Positions 41,801 through 50,556 of a stretch of DNA of 55,706 nt are shown here, one piece after another. The stretch is from a virus, in the IMG/VR virus record IMGVR_UViG_3300007345_000047; one strand, 5' to 3'. The first letter of the stretch is position 1, and the number at the start of each line of letters is the position of its first letter. The notes beneath the pieces are model-generated. The model was not told the DNA's origin. It did not search any database and was given only the letters and a program-made list of their open reading frames with translations. A program made the translations under genes and the position numbers.

Positions 41801-43161
41801 CCCACCAGCCACGATACATCCTGCACCGGACCGAATCCGATTGTTTTAGTTATCGCAGCTGAGTCTCCGGAGATCAACTCGTCGAACGAGGTGTAGAGGT
41901 CAGAGACGGACCCGTAAAGTCTGGATCCACCGGCAAGGTATAGCCGGCTCTCGAATACTTCGGTAGCTGTAGGAGAAGGTAGATAAGAACCAAAGAGTCC
42001 CTGCCACCAGTCTACGGTGGCTGTTGTGCCCCCGAATTCGGATGTCACCCGCACGTTGGCCACAGTGGCACTCTGCACAGATGTGACTTGGCAGATCCCG
42101 TACACGTCGCCGTGAAGGAGCTGGTAGTAATCGTACGTGCTTGTACCGGATCCGCTTGCATCGAAGAAGTCATTACTGGCTGTCAGAGTTGTGTCACCGG
42201 ATGTGGCACCTGGAGTCAGAGTTGTCGATGAAAGGTTTATCGGGCCAAAGGGACCGTCGATTGTGTTTGGTAGCTCAAATGACCAAGACTTATTGCCCCG
42301 TCGTTTGATTATCCAGAACGGCCAGCTGAAGCCCGAGAGCTCGTACGCCCCGTCCGTAATGAACATAACGTCATTGATCTGGGTGTAGCGTAGAGTCTGC
42401 AGAGTCGCCGCAGTGGTAGAAGTATCTGTGACCATGTTGCCTACGACTTTAAGGTCTCCGGCTGCTTCATACGCCACAGTGTTACAAAAGGAGGAGTACG
42501 GTTTGTCATTAGCCAGAGTGACTGTAGTGGCAGATCCATCGGATACCCACGTTAAGAGGTGCACTCCGAAGCCGAGGGTGTCTGTGAAGATGTCCGCAGA
42601 CTGTGCGCCGTTTGTTCCGATTTGAATAGTCATCGGGGTGTCGGCCACTTCCACGTAGAGTGTTCGCTCTCCGGATGTGCATGTCAGTGTTTGGTATACG
42701 CGACCCCAGTCCCCGTCAGCTGTGCCACCGGTTAGGTCGAGTCTGTCGTTTGTAGCGTCGTGCGCCGAGCTGCCAGCACCTGTGGAGGCATCTGTCCATC
42801 CGGTTATGCTGCCGGTGAACCCACCGTTGGTGATCGTGTCTACCGTAGCAGTGGCTTGCGCCAGCGTGCCGTCGAGCCAGAACCGCAATGATTCCACACT
42901 TGGGTTAGCCGTGGACTGGGAGAACTCTAGGATGGTAGGAGTGGTGCCGTCGTCTACAAACGCCATTAAGAAGTGCGAGCCGTTAGGGAGGGCATCTCCA
43001 AGGTACTCAGTGCCAGGGCGATAGACCATCGGGCCTATGCGCTGCGGCATGAAGTTATCCATCAGAGAGCCGGAGTTGTGGACGCGCTCGACATCATCGC
43101 GAGCCATTACGCCTTCGTCAACTTCACCTCTATTGAATTTATTCGAGTAACCCCTAGCCAT
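38842..43161 (-). CDS. Large tail (nozzle-like) protein with Kelch-like and LVIVD-like beta-propeller repeats
   Basis: 1439 aa. Kelch-like: YYNGKLYLGGG, HNGVIYLF, YNGVIYQYGG. LVIVD-like: LAVVDISTNTSP, LAAIDVSDPTAP, VVLDFRDPTAP. Confidence 0.7.
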   Translation of the reverse strand: MARGYSNKFNRGEVDEGVMARDDVERVHNSGSLMDNFMPQRIGPMVYRPGTEYLGDALPNGSHFLMAFVDDGTTPTILEFSQSTANPSVESLRFWLDGTLAQATATVDTITNGGFTGSITGWTDASTGAGSSAHDATNDRLDLTGGTADGDWGRVYQTLTCTSGERTLYVEVADTPMTIQIGTNGAQSADIFTDTLGFGVHLLTWVSDGSATTVTLANDKPYSSFCNTVAYEAAGDLKVVGNMVTDTSTTAATLQTLRYTQINDVMFITDGAYELSGFSWPFWIIKRRGNKSWSFELPNTIDGPFGPINLSSTTLTPGATSGDTTLTASNDFFDASGSGTSTYDYYQLLHGDVYGICQVTSVQSATVANVRVTSEFGGTTATVDWWQGLFGSYLPSPTATEVFESRLYLAGGSRLYGSVSDLYTSFDELISGDSAAITKTIGFGPVQDVSWLVGGDVLMMGLSSEEVQISSSGDFEAITSSNANVRRGSNKGSARIRPQIVDQIIYFVNRGLKKLYALSGLKGEQIQAHDTTLLHPEILDPGVKRIIYSSEPEPRMYCLLTDGSVRVLLFDNVEEVTAWSRITLGGGGTVEDMVSAPTGNEDEIYMVVERDGTRYIERLAKFSESIGGADSRHYDSHVYAASPGATFSGLDHLEGLTVYVWADGVEKGRDIVASGSITLNESDWTDVVVGLRHTATWKSNKLARYVTNTVLNYRKRVVQIGLVMRSVALRNFRYGPDSSTLSDMPEIDRGRARAPTTEPEPTITDTLTGLTINDLDVQGNYVYAACSDVPAPPTSNNHQAMEYYNGKLYLGGGAAGLTQWYEYDISTAALAVLTDIPNGFSTGCSTEHNGVIYLFHNNASGFQAYDVATSAWLTVSQPTTHRDDAAMAAYNGVIYQYGGDGGGPTTTWQIYTIATDTWSYTAFSGTIEAKEQHDMVAVQSGTGAGVIYITCGYGPTALVDSNRCYSYTVGTNTMAAIASHPVAKEDHQIVAGNDGYLYDWSGKPRVGTTNYDIDVNRYDISGNTWGAVFTGTYGSQGVTEPWGRTDFGMAMDTANNNFYIWGGTKLGTGADLMAQLWAFNTDDTAWTKVSDQLAPRAGAFRAVDASDLDILTDVSFLNLTSSVSSDDLLGYAMLVDGDYAYVVTREDDDGTLNRGLAVVDISTNTSPSQVGYDEGIVQTPSSAIVKVGDVVYVPSQDTNGSLAAIDVSDPTAPAVVGEVALTYGSNPPNPIKMGTIGTYVITAWEDDIHVTNVTDPTAMTDSIISMSGVASAATGCIVDDGWLYVMEPSLGKVHAYSIDQLPTAVYVGSITNASTVGMVDAVAYSPWLYVNTATTGVVLDFRDPTAPTTYATYTGFTGITSLASRKANVFFAGGSGGLLASDQRSWLYVDYDEMSFEFNGTYDTDARITLEATGPAQVLAITYEVEDIDDPTDGSARLE

Positions 43162-43164
43162 TAT

Positions 43165-44928
43165 CTACGGCCTCTGGGTTCGGCGCGTAGGCCACGTGTT
43201 CCTTGAGCGTGTCCAGCTGCCAGAGGATATAACCTCTGGTGGGTTGCGCTGTGCATCGGTGCTGTACGCCTCAGATTTGTACTCTTCGTATTTATACTCG
43301 GCATTTTGAAGGTCTGCCCCTGGGAGTGCGCCACAGCCTCGTGCTAATTCTGCAGCTACTAGATTGAACACATACGTCGGCCATGTGGTCGGCGTGGTGA
43401 CTTGCTCGTTCGACAGATACCGGACATAGATCTCGTCGGTGTCTGCGAAGAAATAGTCGCCTTCTCGAAGGTACTCTGCCGGAAACCGGAAGTACTCGTC
43501 ACCCGAGATCTTATCGATACGGATCATGTCGGAAGGAACAGCGAATGCGTAGTCGTATGCGAACTCTGGATCTACTGCATCGTCGTTAGATAGTTTGACT
43601 GTCTTGTATAAGAAGCCCCATGACACTAGCTCGAACACGGTTTCTACTGCTTTTTGGTTCATAGCGTAGTCGAGGGCAACTTTGCGATCTGACTCGTCGG
43701 TGTTAGAAGTAATAGGGGGCAGCTTCAATAGCTGGAGTGCTTTGTTGTACAGCTGGCGTGTGGTGTTATCGAGAGTGTATGTGGACAGCAGCGGTCGAAC
43801 GGAAGGCTCTTTGCCTCCCTCGATCACAATAGCTTGTCCAGTGCGCCTCTCGGCTATCTGACCTAGATCGCCAGATTTCTCTGGGGCGAATCTCGGTGCA
43901 AGTTCGTAGGCCAGATACGCGGCCATTGCCTTCTTAAAGGAAGTGGACCATGCGCTCTCGGCTGTGGTGCCAATGATGTAGCGGAGATAGGCAGTACTGA
44001 ATCCATCTACCACTATGTCGGTGTTTTCTATAAAGAACCTGGTTATCGGGACTTGCAAGTCCTCGTCTGCCCAAAGCTCCACAATGTTGTGGAAGTCGGC
44101 AGGTAGGCTGAACACATTGTCGTAGCCGTGCACAGCACTGGGAGCCCCGCCGGTAAGAGCGGCTACCCTGGTCGCGAACTTGGGTTTAATAGTTTCAAGT
44201 AGGTCTTCTTCAGCCAGCGCATAGACAGAGTCTATCGCCAGTCGCAGAGCACTGCCGTCGTCTACGTGCCTGAACTCTGCAGCACCCAGTAGGGCAGCAG
44301 TGGCGTTATAGATCTCAAGCTGGTCTGCGGAGAGGGATGCTGCCGCAGCTTGCGGGAGTATCGGATTCTCTTTCACGCCCTCTAGCGAGAGTGCGATGCC
44401 CAGTGCTTTCTCGTACGCAGCTTCTGCTACTTCGATCCGGCTGGGGTTGAGTCGGCTGGCAATCTCTTTCGCCAGATATGCAGACACTAGCCTTGAGAAA
44501 GTGGGTGTCCACAGTACAAGGGATCTGCCGCTGGTGATGTACCGCATCCACAGGTTCGTGGCTATGTCGGTTGCTACCGTACGTCCTTCGAGCACGTATC
44601 GGTCTACTGGATTCTGGAAGTCTTCGTCTGCGAAGAATGAGCCGTTGCTACCGTGTACACCTGGATCCGAAAGGGTCGAGATGAAGTCGGCAGGAAGGGT
44701 ATACACGCTGTCAAGACCGTGGACACTACTGGCCGCGGGTGATGCCAGTTTAACACTGGACACAGCAAATCGAGGTTTGGCTACCTCAAGGCAATGATTC
44801 ACCAGCTCTAAGTTGTAGGTCTCGTCTAGTACATAGCGAGGCTCACGGTCTTCATAGAGGTTGGATAGACGACGCTCTCCCAGTAAGGCAAGAGCGTTGT
44901 TGTATATCAGTAGCTTTGAAGTAGCCAT
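43165..44928 (-). CDS. Triplicated adaptor / tail-tubular-A-like protein
   Basis: 587 aa = three about 185-aa repeats. These begin LLIYNNALALLGERRLS, LEIYNATAALLGAAEF and RQLYNKALQLLKLPPI. Confidence 0.55.
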   Translation of the reverse strand: MATSKLLIYNNALALLGERRLSNLYEDREPRYVLDETYNLELVNHCLEVAKPRFAVSSVKLASPAASSVHGLDSVYTLPADFISTLSDPGVHGSNGSFFADEDFQNPVDRYVLEGRTVATDIATNLWMRYITSGRSLVLWTPTFSRLVSAYLAKEIASRLNPSRIEVAEAAYEKALGIALSLEGVKENPILPQAAAASLSADQLEIYNATAALLGAAEFRHVDDGSALRLAIDSVYALAEEDLLETIKPKFATRVAALTGGAPSAVHGYDNVFSLPADFHNIVELWADEDLQVPITRFFIENTDIVVDGFSTAYLRYIIGTTAESAWSTSFKKAMAAYLAYELAPRFAPEKSGDLGQIAERRTGQAIVIEGGKEPSVRPLLSTYTLDNTTRQLYNKALQLLKLPPITSNTDESDRKVALDYAMNQKAVETVFELVSWGFLYKTVKLSNDDAVDPEFAYDYAFAVPSDMIRIDKISGDEYFRFPAEYLREGDYFFADTDEIYVRYLSNEQVTTPTTWPTYVFNLVAAELARGCGALPGADLQNAEYKYEEYKSEAYSTDAQRNPPEVISSGSWTRSRNTWPTRRTQRP

Positions 44929-44935
44929 AGTTTAC

Positions 44936-45427
44936 CTATCGATTGAGGACAGCTAGGATTTCTTCCAGCTTCTTATACGCCTCGGCTTGTGTTGGAATAA
45001 GCTCGTGTACTACCGAGCCATCGTCGTTATCAATGATACACCACTTCTTAACGCCGCGCTGCTTGACAGTATACCTGTCCATGCCCGCTTGCTCTTCGTA
45101 GCTGACGTTCTCCAGCTGCGTGAAGTTTGTTACCGCCAGTAACGCTTTGTTGGCGTGCTTGAATGTCACGATCAGCTTGGCTACAAAGGATCCGTCTTCT
45201 GCTACCGCTCTCACCTCATCGAACATCTTGAGTTGAGCTGCTACGTGATCCCACAGTTCAGACCTGGTTAGATCATCTTTTCCCATCCCAGTAGGAACCA
45301 CAGCGTTGTGTGTCGTGTACTGGTGGTGCGCTCTACCGAATTCGCCTGGCTTGATCGGTATTGCTGGAGCTTGTTCTTTTTTAGGGGTGGGGGTTTTTGT
45401 TGGTTTCTTCTCTTCAGTTTCAGACAT
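44936..45427 (-). CDS. Hypothetical virion protein
   Basis: Start taken at ATG 45427 (GGAGGA RBS) rather than TTG 45439. Confidence 0.6.
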   Translation of the reverse strand: MSETEEKKPTKTPTPKKEQAPAIPIKPGEFGRAHHQYTTHNAVVPTGMGKDDLTRSELWDHVAAQLKMFDEVRAVAEDGSFVAKLIVTFKHANKALLAVTNFTQLENVSYEEQAGMDRYTVKQRGVKKWCIIDNDDGSVVHELIPTQAEAYKKLEEILAVLNR

Positions 45428-45453
45428 TACGTCCTCCAATTTAGTTTAGTTAT

Positions 45454-45489
45454 AAAAAAGCCCCTGCCGCTTCGTGGGCAGCAAGGGCT
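45454..45489 (-). terminator. Rho-independent terminator downstream of the capsid/decoration genes
   Basis: On the - strand: AGCCCUUGCUGC-CCACGAA-GCGGCAGGGGCU (12-bp stem including 2 GU pairs), followed by UUUUUU. Confidence 0.75.
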
Positions 45490-45512
45490 CTTTGTTTACA
45501 TCTCACTCAGTA

Positions 45513-46076
45513 TTAAACTGAGCTTAGGGCAACTGCGCCAGTGTTAACGATGATAGTGCCGTTGCCGCCATTATCAAACAACACAACCAGCTGCTCGTTC
45601 TGCGCGTTCAATGTCGCGGTGTTATTAGTACCGTCCCATGTTCCGCTAGTCAGAGTAACAGTGTGACCCGCAGTACCAGTACCTGCCTGTTTGACTGAGA
45701 AGATCCCAGCGTGCAGAGCAGCTTCCGCTATCGTTGCAGTGATCTGGGTCGCGTTGGTAAGAGTCACAACCTGGATACCAGGAGTGATTACCACTGCGCC
45801 CGCGTCAGGTGCGTCTTGCGTACCGCCACTTACAGATGCTGCGCCACCGGAGGTGACTGCAGAGACCGTAGTGACGACGGTGCCGCCAGTGTCGCTGTCG
45901 GTAACGATCACTTGATCGCCAACCTTCATGCCTAAGTCGTCGCCATTGCTGAAGTAATCAGCGACCCCGACTAGGGCGATAGAATCAGCAGAAACGTAAG
46001 ACCATACGGCCCGTCCATTTGTGCCATTTTTCTGGGCAATTAAGCCAGGTGCAGAAACATCAGTATCATATGCCAT
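45513..46076 (-). CDS. Possible head decoration / capsid-associated protein
   Basis: 187 aa, Gly/Thr/Val-rich and beta-like. It lies directly downstream of the capsid gene. Confidence 0.5.
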   Translation of the reverse strand: MAYDTDVSAPGLIAQKNGTNGRAVWSYVSADSIALVGVADYFSNGDDLGMKVGDQVIVTDSDTGGTVVTTVSAVTSGGAASVSGGTQDAPDAGAVVITPGIQVVTLTNATQITATIAEAALHAGIFSVKQAGTGTAGHTVTLTSGTWDGTNNTATLNAQNEQLVVLFDNGGNGTIIVNTGAVALSSV

Positions 46077-46094
46077 CTAAGTTTCGCGCCTCCC

Positions 46095-46925
46095 TTATGA
46101 GTATGCAGAATCGTTGTGTAACATCTTCACTACACCACTGTTCTGGAGCAGTTTACTGCCCATGAATGTTGAACAGCGAGCCCATGACTTGTCGTTCTTG
46201 TCATCGTAGCCTACTGCAGTTTGAAGGTTCTCGGTATCGCAAGCGTGACCAATTGCATGCTGAGAATACATGAAACAAGTCGAGGATGCAGTACCTACAC
46301 CTGGAAGGCCAGGATCTACGATCCAGTTCACGCCGTACCAGCTGAAAGCCTTGTCTTTAGGAATTCCGTCGAAACCAGGCTGGCTAACGTAATCAGCAGA
46401 AGTGAACTGATTGAAAGTCATTAGGTACGCATGGAATGCCGGAGTGATCAGAGCAAAGATAGGTGCATCCAGATCAGCAAAAGCGTTACCAAGTTTGGTC
46501 TTCGCTTTAGAGATAAGGATCATAGTAGCTGCTGCTGCTGAACCCCAAGTTACTGAAGCTGTTGCCAGCGCAGTATGGATGTCTTCGTCGATCTTACGGT
46601 TGATCACAGACATACAAGTCTGTTGCATCAAGCGACGACCGTCACCCTGGGACGCATAAAGATTGAAGCGTGTACGTTCAGGAACGTCATGCCACTCTTG
46701 AAGCGTAGCTGTGTTTTGATTCAAGTTATCCGGACGTGTTGGAATATCTCCATCCACACCACGAGTAACTGCAGTTGCACTGCCAGAGTCTCCTACGAGG
46801 AATACTGCCTGATTGCCGTTTACTTCGGCTTGAGTAACAGTAGTTCTACGAACAAGCGATTGACGCTTCTCGAATCCCGCAATCATCTCTTGACGGTACA
46901 TGGTTTGAAAGGCTGTATCGGCCAT
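46095..46925 (-). CDS. Major capsid protein
   Basis: 276 aa, located after the scaffold gene and before a strong terminator. The call rests mainly on position. Confidence 0.7.
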   Translation of the reverse strand: MADTAFQTMYRQEMIAGFEKRQSLVRRTTVTQAEVNGNQAVFLVGDSGSATAVTRGVDGDIPTRPDNLNQNTATLQEWHDVPERTRFNLYASQGDGRRLMQQTCMSVINRKIDEDIHTALATASVTWGSAAAATMILISKAKTKLGNAFADLDAPIFALITPAFHAYLMTFNQFTSADYVSQPGFDGIPKDKAFSWYGVNWIVDPGLPGVGTASSTCFMYSQHAIGHACDTENLQTAVGYDDKNDKSWARCSTFMGSKLLQNSGVVKMLHNDSAYS

Positions 46926-47098
46926 GACAAATCTCCGTTAAATGATTAGTTAATAAGTTAAGTTATCAACATCGGTTCGAGTTGGCCGTTCTATCGTCTC
47001 GTTCGGGTTGGCCGAGGGATCCGCTAAGATCCCGTTCGGGGCCGTGAGACTCAATGCAGGGGTCTACTTTGAGTTGTGACTGCTAGTATAGCTGGGCT

Positions 47099-48022
47099 TT
47101 AGCTGCCCTGTCTACTATTTAGGGTATCCAGAGCTGTCTGGTTAGCCAAGTACTCTTTGTCCAATCCGGACGAGTAATACTCATCAGTTCCCATCTTGCT
47201 CTCGATTTCCTTCTGTCGTCCCGCTAGTGTCTGCACGGCGTTAACGCCGGTAGGCACCAGAGTGGCGGCAGGGTTAATAACTCGTGCCATGCTTGCGAAG
47301 GCTTGCATCACGCCTGGGTCGTTGAAGACCGCCTTGCCGTTGGCCAGTCGAGCACTGAGGAAGTCATCCAGCACAGCTTCGGGCAGGTGCGCCTGTAGTG
47401 TGGCTTTGATCAGATTCTTGTTTACTTCGAAGTCTGGTCCCCAGTTCTTCTTCATCAGCTCTGTGCTTTGCTGCGCGTCGAGCACATCTTGCTGCTGTAC
47501 CTTCTCGACACGTGCGTTCTCGATAGCGAGCTGCTGCTCTACCAGAGCTGCTGCTGTACCGGAGTCCACATTGGCGTTGTGTAGGGTCTCGAATAGTGGC
47601 CCCAGCTCTGCCTTATCCTCGTCGTTGAGAACTAAGCCTTCGCTCAGACCATCGAGGTATCCCTCTGCTGTAGCGGGCACATTGTTCTTCTCGCGATACT
47701 CAGAGAGCTGCTCGTCTGTAGGGTTCTCGGGTAGGGCTGTGTTCAGATCCTGCTTGGCGCGTAGCGCAGCTTGAGCTTCGATATAATTCTTGCCCAGTGT
47801 TTTTATGTCTGGGACGCGCTGTAGCGTATTAAGCGCAGCCTCGTCGTCGCCGACCAGGTCTTTACGCCACTCGTCTGGCACGCTTGTGTACCACGGGTTG
47901 TCAGCTGGTGCTACCGGATCCAAGCTGGTGGGGGCTGCTGCTGCTGGGGCTACCTCTGCGGGTGCTACCTCTGCTGCTGGGGCTGGTGCTTCGTCTACTG
48001 CTGGGGCTACTTCTTCGGTCAT
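47099..48022 (-). CDS. Scaffolding protein
   Basis: 307 aa, Ala/Pro-rich N-terminus then helical and acidic. It lies between the portal and capsid genes. Confidence 0.6.
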   Translation of the reverse strand: MTEEVAPAVDEAPAPAAEVAPAEVAPAAAAPTSLDPVAPADNPWYTSVPDEWRKDLVGDDEAALNTLQRVPDIKTLGKNYIEAQAALRAKQDLNTALPENPTDEQLSEYREKNNVPATAEGYLDGLSEGLVLNDEDKAELGPLFETLHNANVDSGTAAALVEQQLAIENARVEKVQQQDVLDAQQSTELMKKNWGPDFEVNKNLIKATLQAHLPEAVLDDFLSARLANGKAVFNDPGVMQAFASMARVINPAATLVPTGVNAVQTLAGRQKEIESKMGTDEYYSSGLDKEYLANQTALDTLNSRQGS

Positions 48023-48300
48023 GGGTTTTCTCCATCTAGTTTATTTATTAATTGGGGATCAAGTCGCATGTACTTGAGTATCTGTTGGCCACAATAGCCA
48101 CGACCCTCCAAGAACGCCGTAGCGTCTGGGTGGCCTGGAAGGAAGTGCGTATCATACACTCGGCATATCTTTTTTAGTATAGCTTGGAGTGCAAGATTTT
48201 GGTTATACGAACTAGCAGTGCCCGCTTCGAGCTCCTGTATTGCGTATATTTCTTGCTTTGATAGTTGAGACGCTTTAAAACATTCTTCGCCTAGACTCAT
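48019..48300 (-). CDS. Hypothetical protein
   Basis: 93-aa ORF overlapping both neighbours by 4 nt. Confidence 0.5.
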   Translation of the reverse strand: MSLGEECFKASQLSKQEIYAIQELEAGTASSYNQNLALQAILKKICRVYDTHFLPGHPDATAFLEGRGYCGQQILKYMRLDPQLINKLDGENP

Positions 48301-49892
48301 GCAGGTGCTCCGGCTGCTTCCATTTCAGTTGCCTGTGCGGCAGCTTGCTGAAGTAACCGAGCTTCTCTTATTTGGGCAATCTCTTCCTGTGGCCTAATCC
48401 ATTGAACTGGTGCATCCATTCCTACGATGGCATCCCGTATGGCTAGATCAAAGTCTAAGTTGTCTAAGATACCAGCATCCATATCGGCAGCTTCTCTGAG
48501 CTCCCCACGGATCCTAGCGAACTGGTTCATCTTCTCTTCTTCTTCATCGCTACTGAGTGGAGACTCATACTTGAATTCCACATTGCCGCCTAATGACTCG
48601 GGTATATCTTGGGGTGAGCCTAGCTGGCCCATCATTAGCAGCAGGTCGAAAGTAGCTTCGCACAGTTGACCATTATAGTCTCGTTCCATTGGCGCAAACA
48701 GAGGCAGGTTACTGCGTCTGTACTGTTGCATGCGCTCTTTGACTTCGTATGCAGTCATCTCTCCCTCGAGAGGGAGTGACAGGGTACTTAGGTAGAAGGC
48801 TTTCTCTATGGTTTCATAGATGCGACTCCGCTCGTTGGCTCCGATCGGATAGCCACCCTTGTTCTGGTCGAGGGATCGTAGGGCTTGACCCAGTCTCTCG
48901 TCGTATTCGTTGTCCACCCAGGTTATACCGTTGGGACGTAAGTCCACAACACCAGTCACGGCCTTCATAGTCGCAACCATTGGTGGGCGTGCGTATCTTT
49001 CTGCTGCTTCGAGCAGTGTGTACGTCATAGACTGCAGTGTTCGTGCGTCTGGTAGAGCTGTGATTGTGGCTGGGCTGAACGCATAGGGACTGCCAGCAAT
49101 GGTCTGGAATCGAGGAACGATGTAGTAGGAGTAGTTAATCCCCTTCTCTTCAAGGATCTCTTTACCATCCATCATAATAAATTTGGACACGAACTTGTAT
49201 CGATCGATGTACTTCTCGTCGTTAGTCAGTTCTGAAGGCATGACCAGGTGATAGACCTTAGTGGTCTGGAACGGATCCTTCTGGTACTTGGTTCTTAGCT
49301 CTGGTGTCAGCTTATCCTCACCGAAGTATCGAACGAGAACGTGGAGCGTTGGCTCCCACTTACGCACGACAGTCTCCACGAGGCCAGCTTCGTCTTCTTC
49401 CCACGCGCAGTCGCGGAGGTGCCAAGCACGATAGACCACACCGTTGAATTGCTTATTGGGTTCCAGTGAAAGGACTGCGTTACCAAAGGTAGCAAAATCG
49501 TGGTCTCCTATTTTTACAGCCCGTTCGAAGTTAGATGTGCGCTCGTTCATCACGTTGCGCTGTACTCTGGTAGCCCACTCTAGCCACTGGCGACCGTCAC
49601 GGTCTGGCTCAGAGTTTGCACCGGCACGAATGTTAAACCAGTCTCCGTCACGGAGCATGGAATGGAATGAGTTGCCGAGGTCTCGGCGAGCCATGATTGG
49701 GTGACTGTCCACTGTGGCATCGGCGATCTCCGATCCCGCTAGATTCTTCCCGTATCGGAAGTCTGCCCTTTCTGGGTAGAAGTTGTCGGCCAGCGTCTGC
49801 CACAGTGACAGGATTCTATCTTGCCTCTGAAACATCTCTTCTGCAAGTTTGCAGGAATCTTCAGGACTTAGCGTCGGTCGCATCGATTGCAT
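48297..49892 (-). CDS. Portal protein
   Basis: 531 aa, downstream of the terminase and upstream of the scaffold. Size and position match podovirus head-tail connectors. Confidence 0.75.
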   Translation of the reverse strand: MQSMRPTLSPEDSCKLAEEMFQRQDRILSLWQTLADNFYPERADFRYGKNLAGSEIADATVDSHPIMARRDLGNSFHSMLRDGDWFNIRAGANSEPDRDGRQWLEWATRVQRNVMNERTSNFERAVKIGDHDFATFGNAVLSLEPNKQFNGVVYRAWHLRDCAWEEDEAGLVETVVRKWEPTLHVLVRYFGEDKLTPELRTKYQKDPFQTTKVYHLVMPSELTNDEKYIDRYKFVSKFIMMDGKEILEEKGINYSYYIVPRFQTIAGSPYAFSPATITALPDARTLQSMTYTLLEAAERYARPPMVATMKAVTGVVDLRPNGITWVDNEYDERLGQALRSLDQNKGGYPIGANERSRIYETIEKAFYLSTLSLPLEGEMTAYEVKERMQQYRRSNLPLFAPMERDYNGQLCEATFDLLLMMGQLGSPQDIPESLGGNVEFKYESPLSSDEEEEKMNQFARIRGELREAADMDAGILDNLDFDLAIRDAIVGMDAPVQWIRPQEEIAQIREARLLQQAAAQATEMEAAGAPA

Positions 49893-50254
49893 TAACCTAG
49901 TTCTCTTGGGCCTTGTAGCATGGTAGACACGGGACCAGTCTGTCGTCGTCCCAAAGACATGTTAACGGTAGTACCGTCTCCCTTCGTTCTCGTGCCGACG
50001 TACAGATCATCGACTCCGGACTCTAGCCCGTCGTCTGCGCCTGGGCCAGGTGATACTGCACCAGCCTCGAATTCTCCGGCGTAGCCGCCGAAGCCAGGCC
50101 GCTGCCAGTCAGGAGCTTTGCCCTCTTTGTCTAGCCCCATGACCTTCTTTGAGATGACTGTGTTCTGTGCTGGGGTCTGATATTTAGTACTGGGGATTGC
50201 TCCCGCGGGACCAAACGCAAAGCTCTCTGTATCTTGCTCTGTACCGTAGGCCAT
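49892..50254 (-). CDS. Hypothetical protein
   Basis: 120-aa ORF. Confidence 0.5.
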   Translation of the reverse strand: MAYGTEQDTESFAFGPAGAIPSTKYQTPAQNTVISKKVMGLDKEGKAPDWQRPGFGGYAGEFEAGAVSPGPGADDGLESGVDDLYVGTRTKGDGTTVNMSLGRRQTGPVSTMLQGPRELG

Positions 50255-50514
50255 TAAATTAGACTCCCTCTCTCTGAGAGCACCGTGTTTGCGGTACTCA
50301 TCTTTCGTTTGCCCAGCCGGTTCTTCCGGCGTTCTATATCCACAGTTTTTTCAATGACTTGCTTCTCTGTGGGTGGCTTGGTGTGATCTACGTGGTCGTC
50401 GCCCAGGGGCTTCTCGGAGAACTTCTTTCCGGATTGATCGTGATAGTGTCCCTTGTGCGGGACGAAACCATCTTCATCGAAGACAGTTGGAGCTCGTGGT
50501 TGTTTAGGTTTCAT
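50254..50514 (-). CDS. Hypothetical basic protein
   Basis: 86-aa ORF. Confidence 0.5.
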   Translation of the reverse strand: MKPKQPRAPTVFDEDGFVPHKGHYHDQSGKKFSEKPLGDDHVDHTKPPTEKQVIEKTVDIERRKNRLGKRKMSTANTVLSERGSLI

Positions 50515-50556
50515 AGGGCACCAATTCTACGGCAAAGGGACAGTGATTGCTATATT

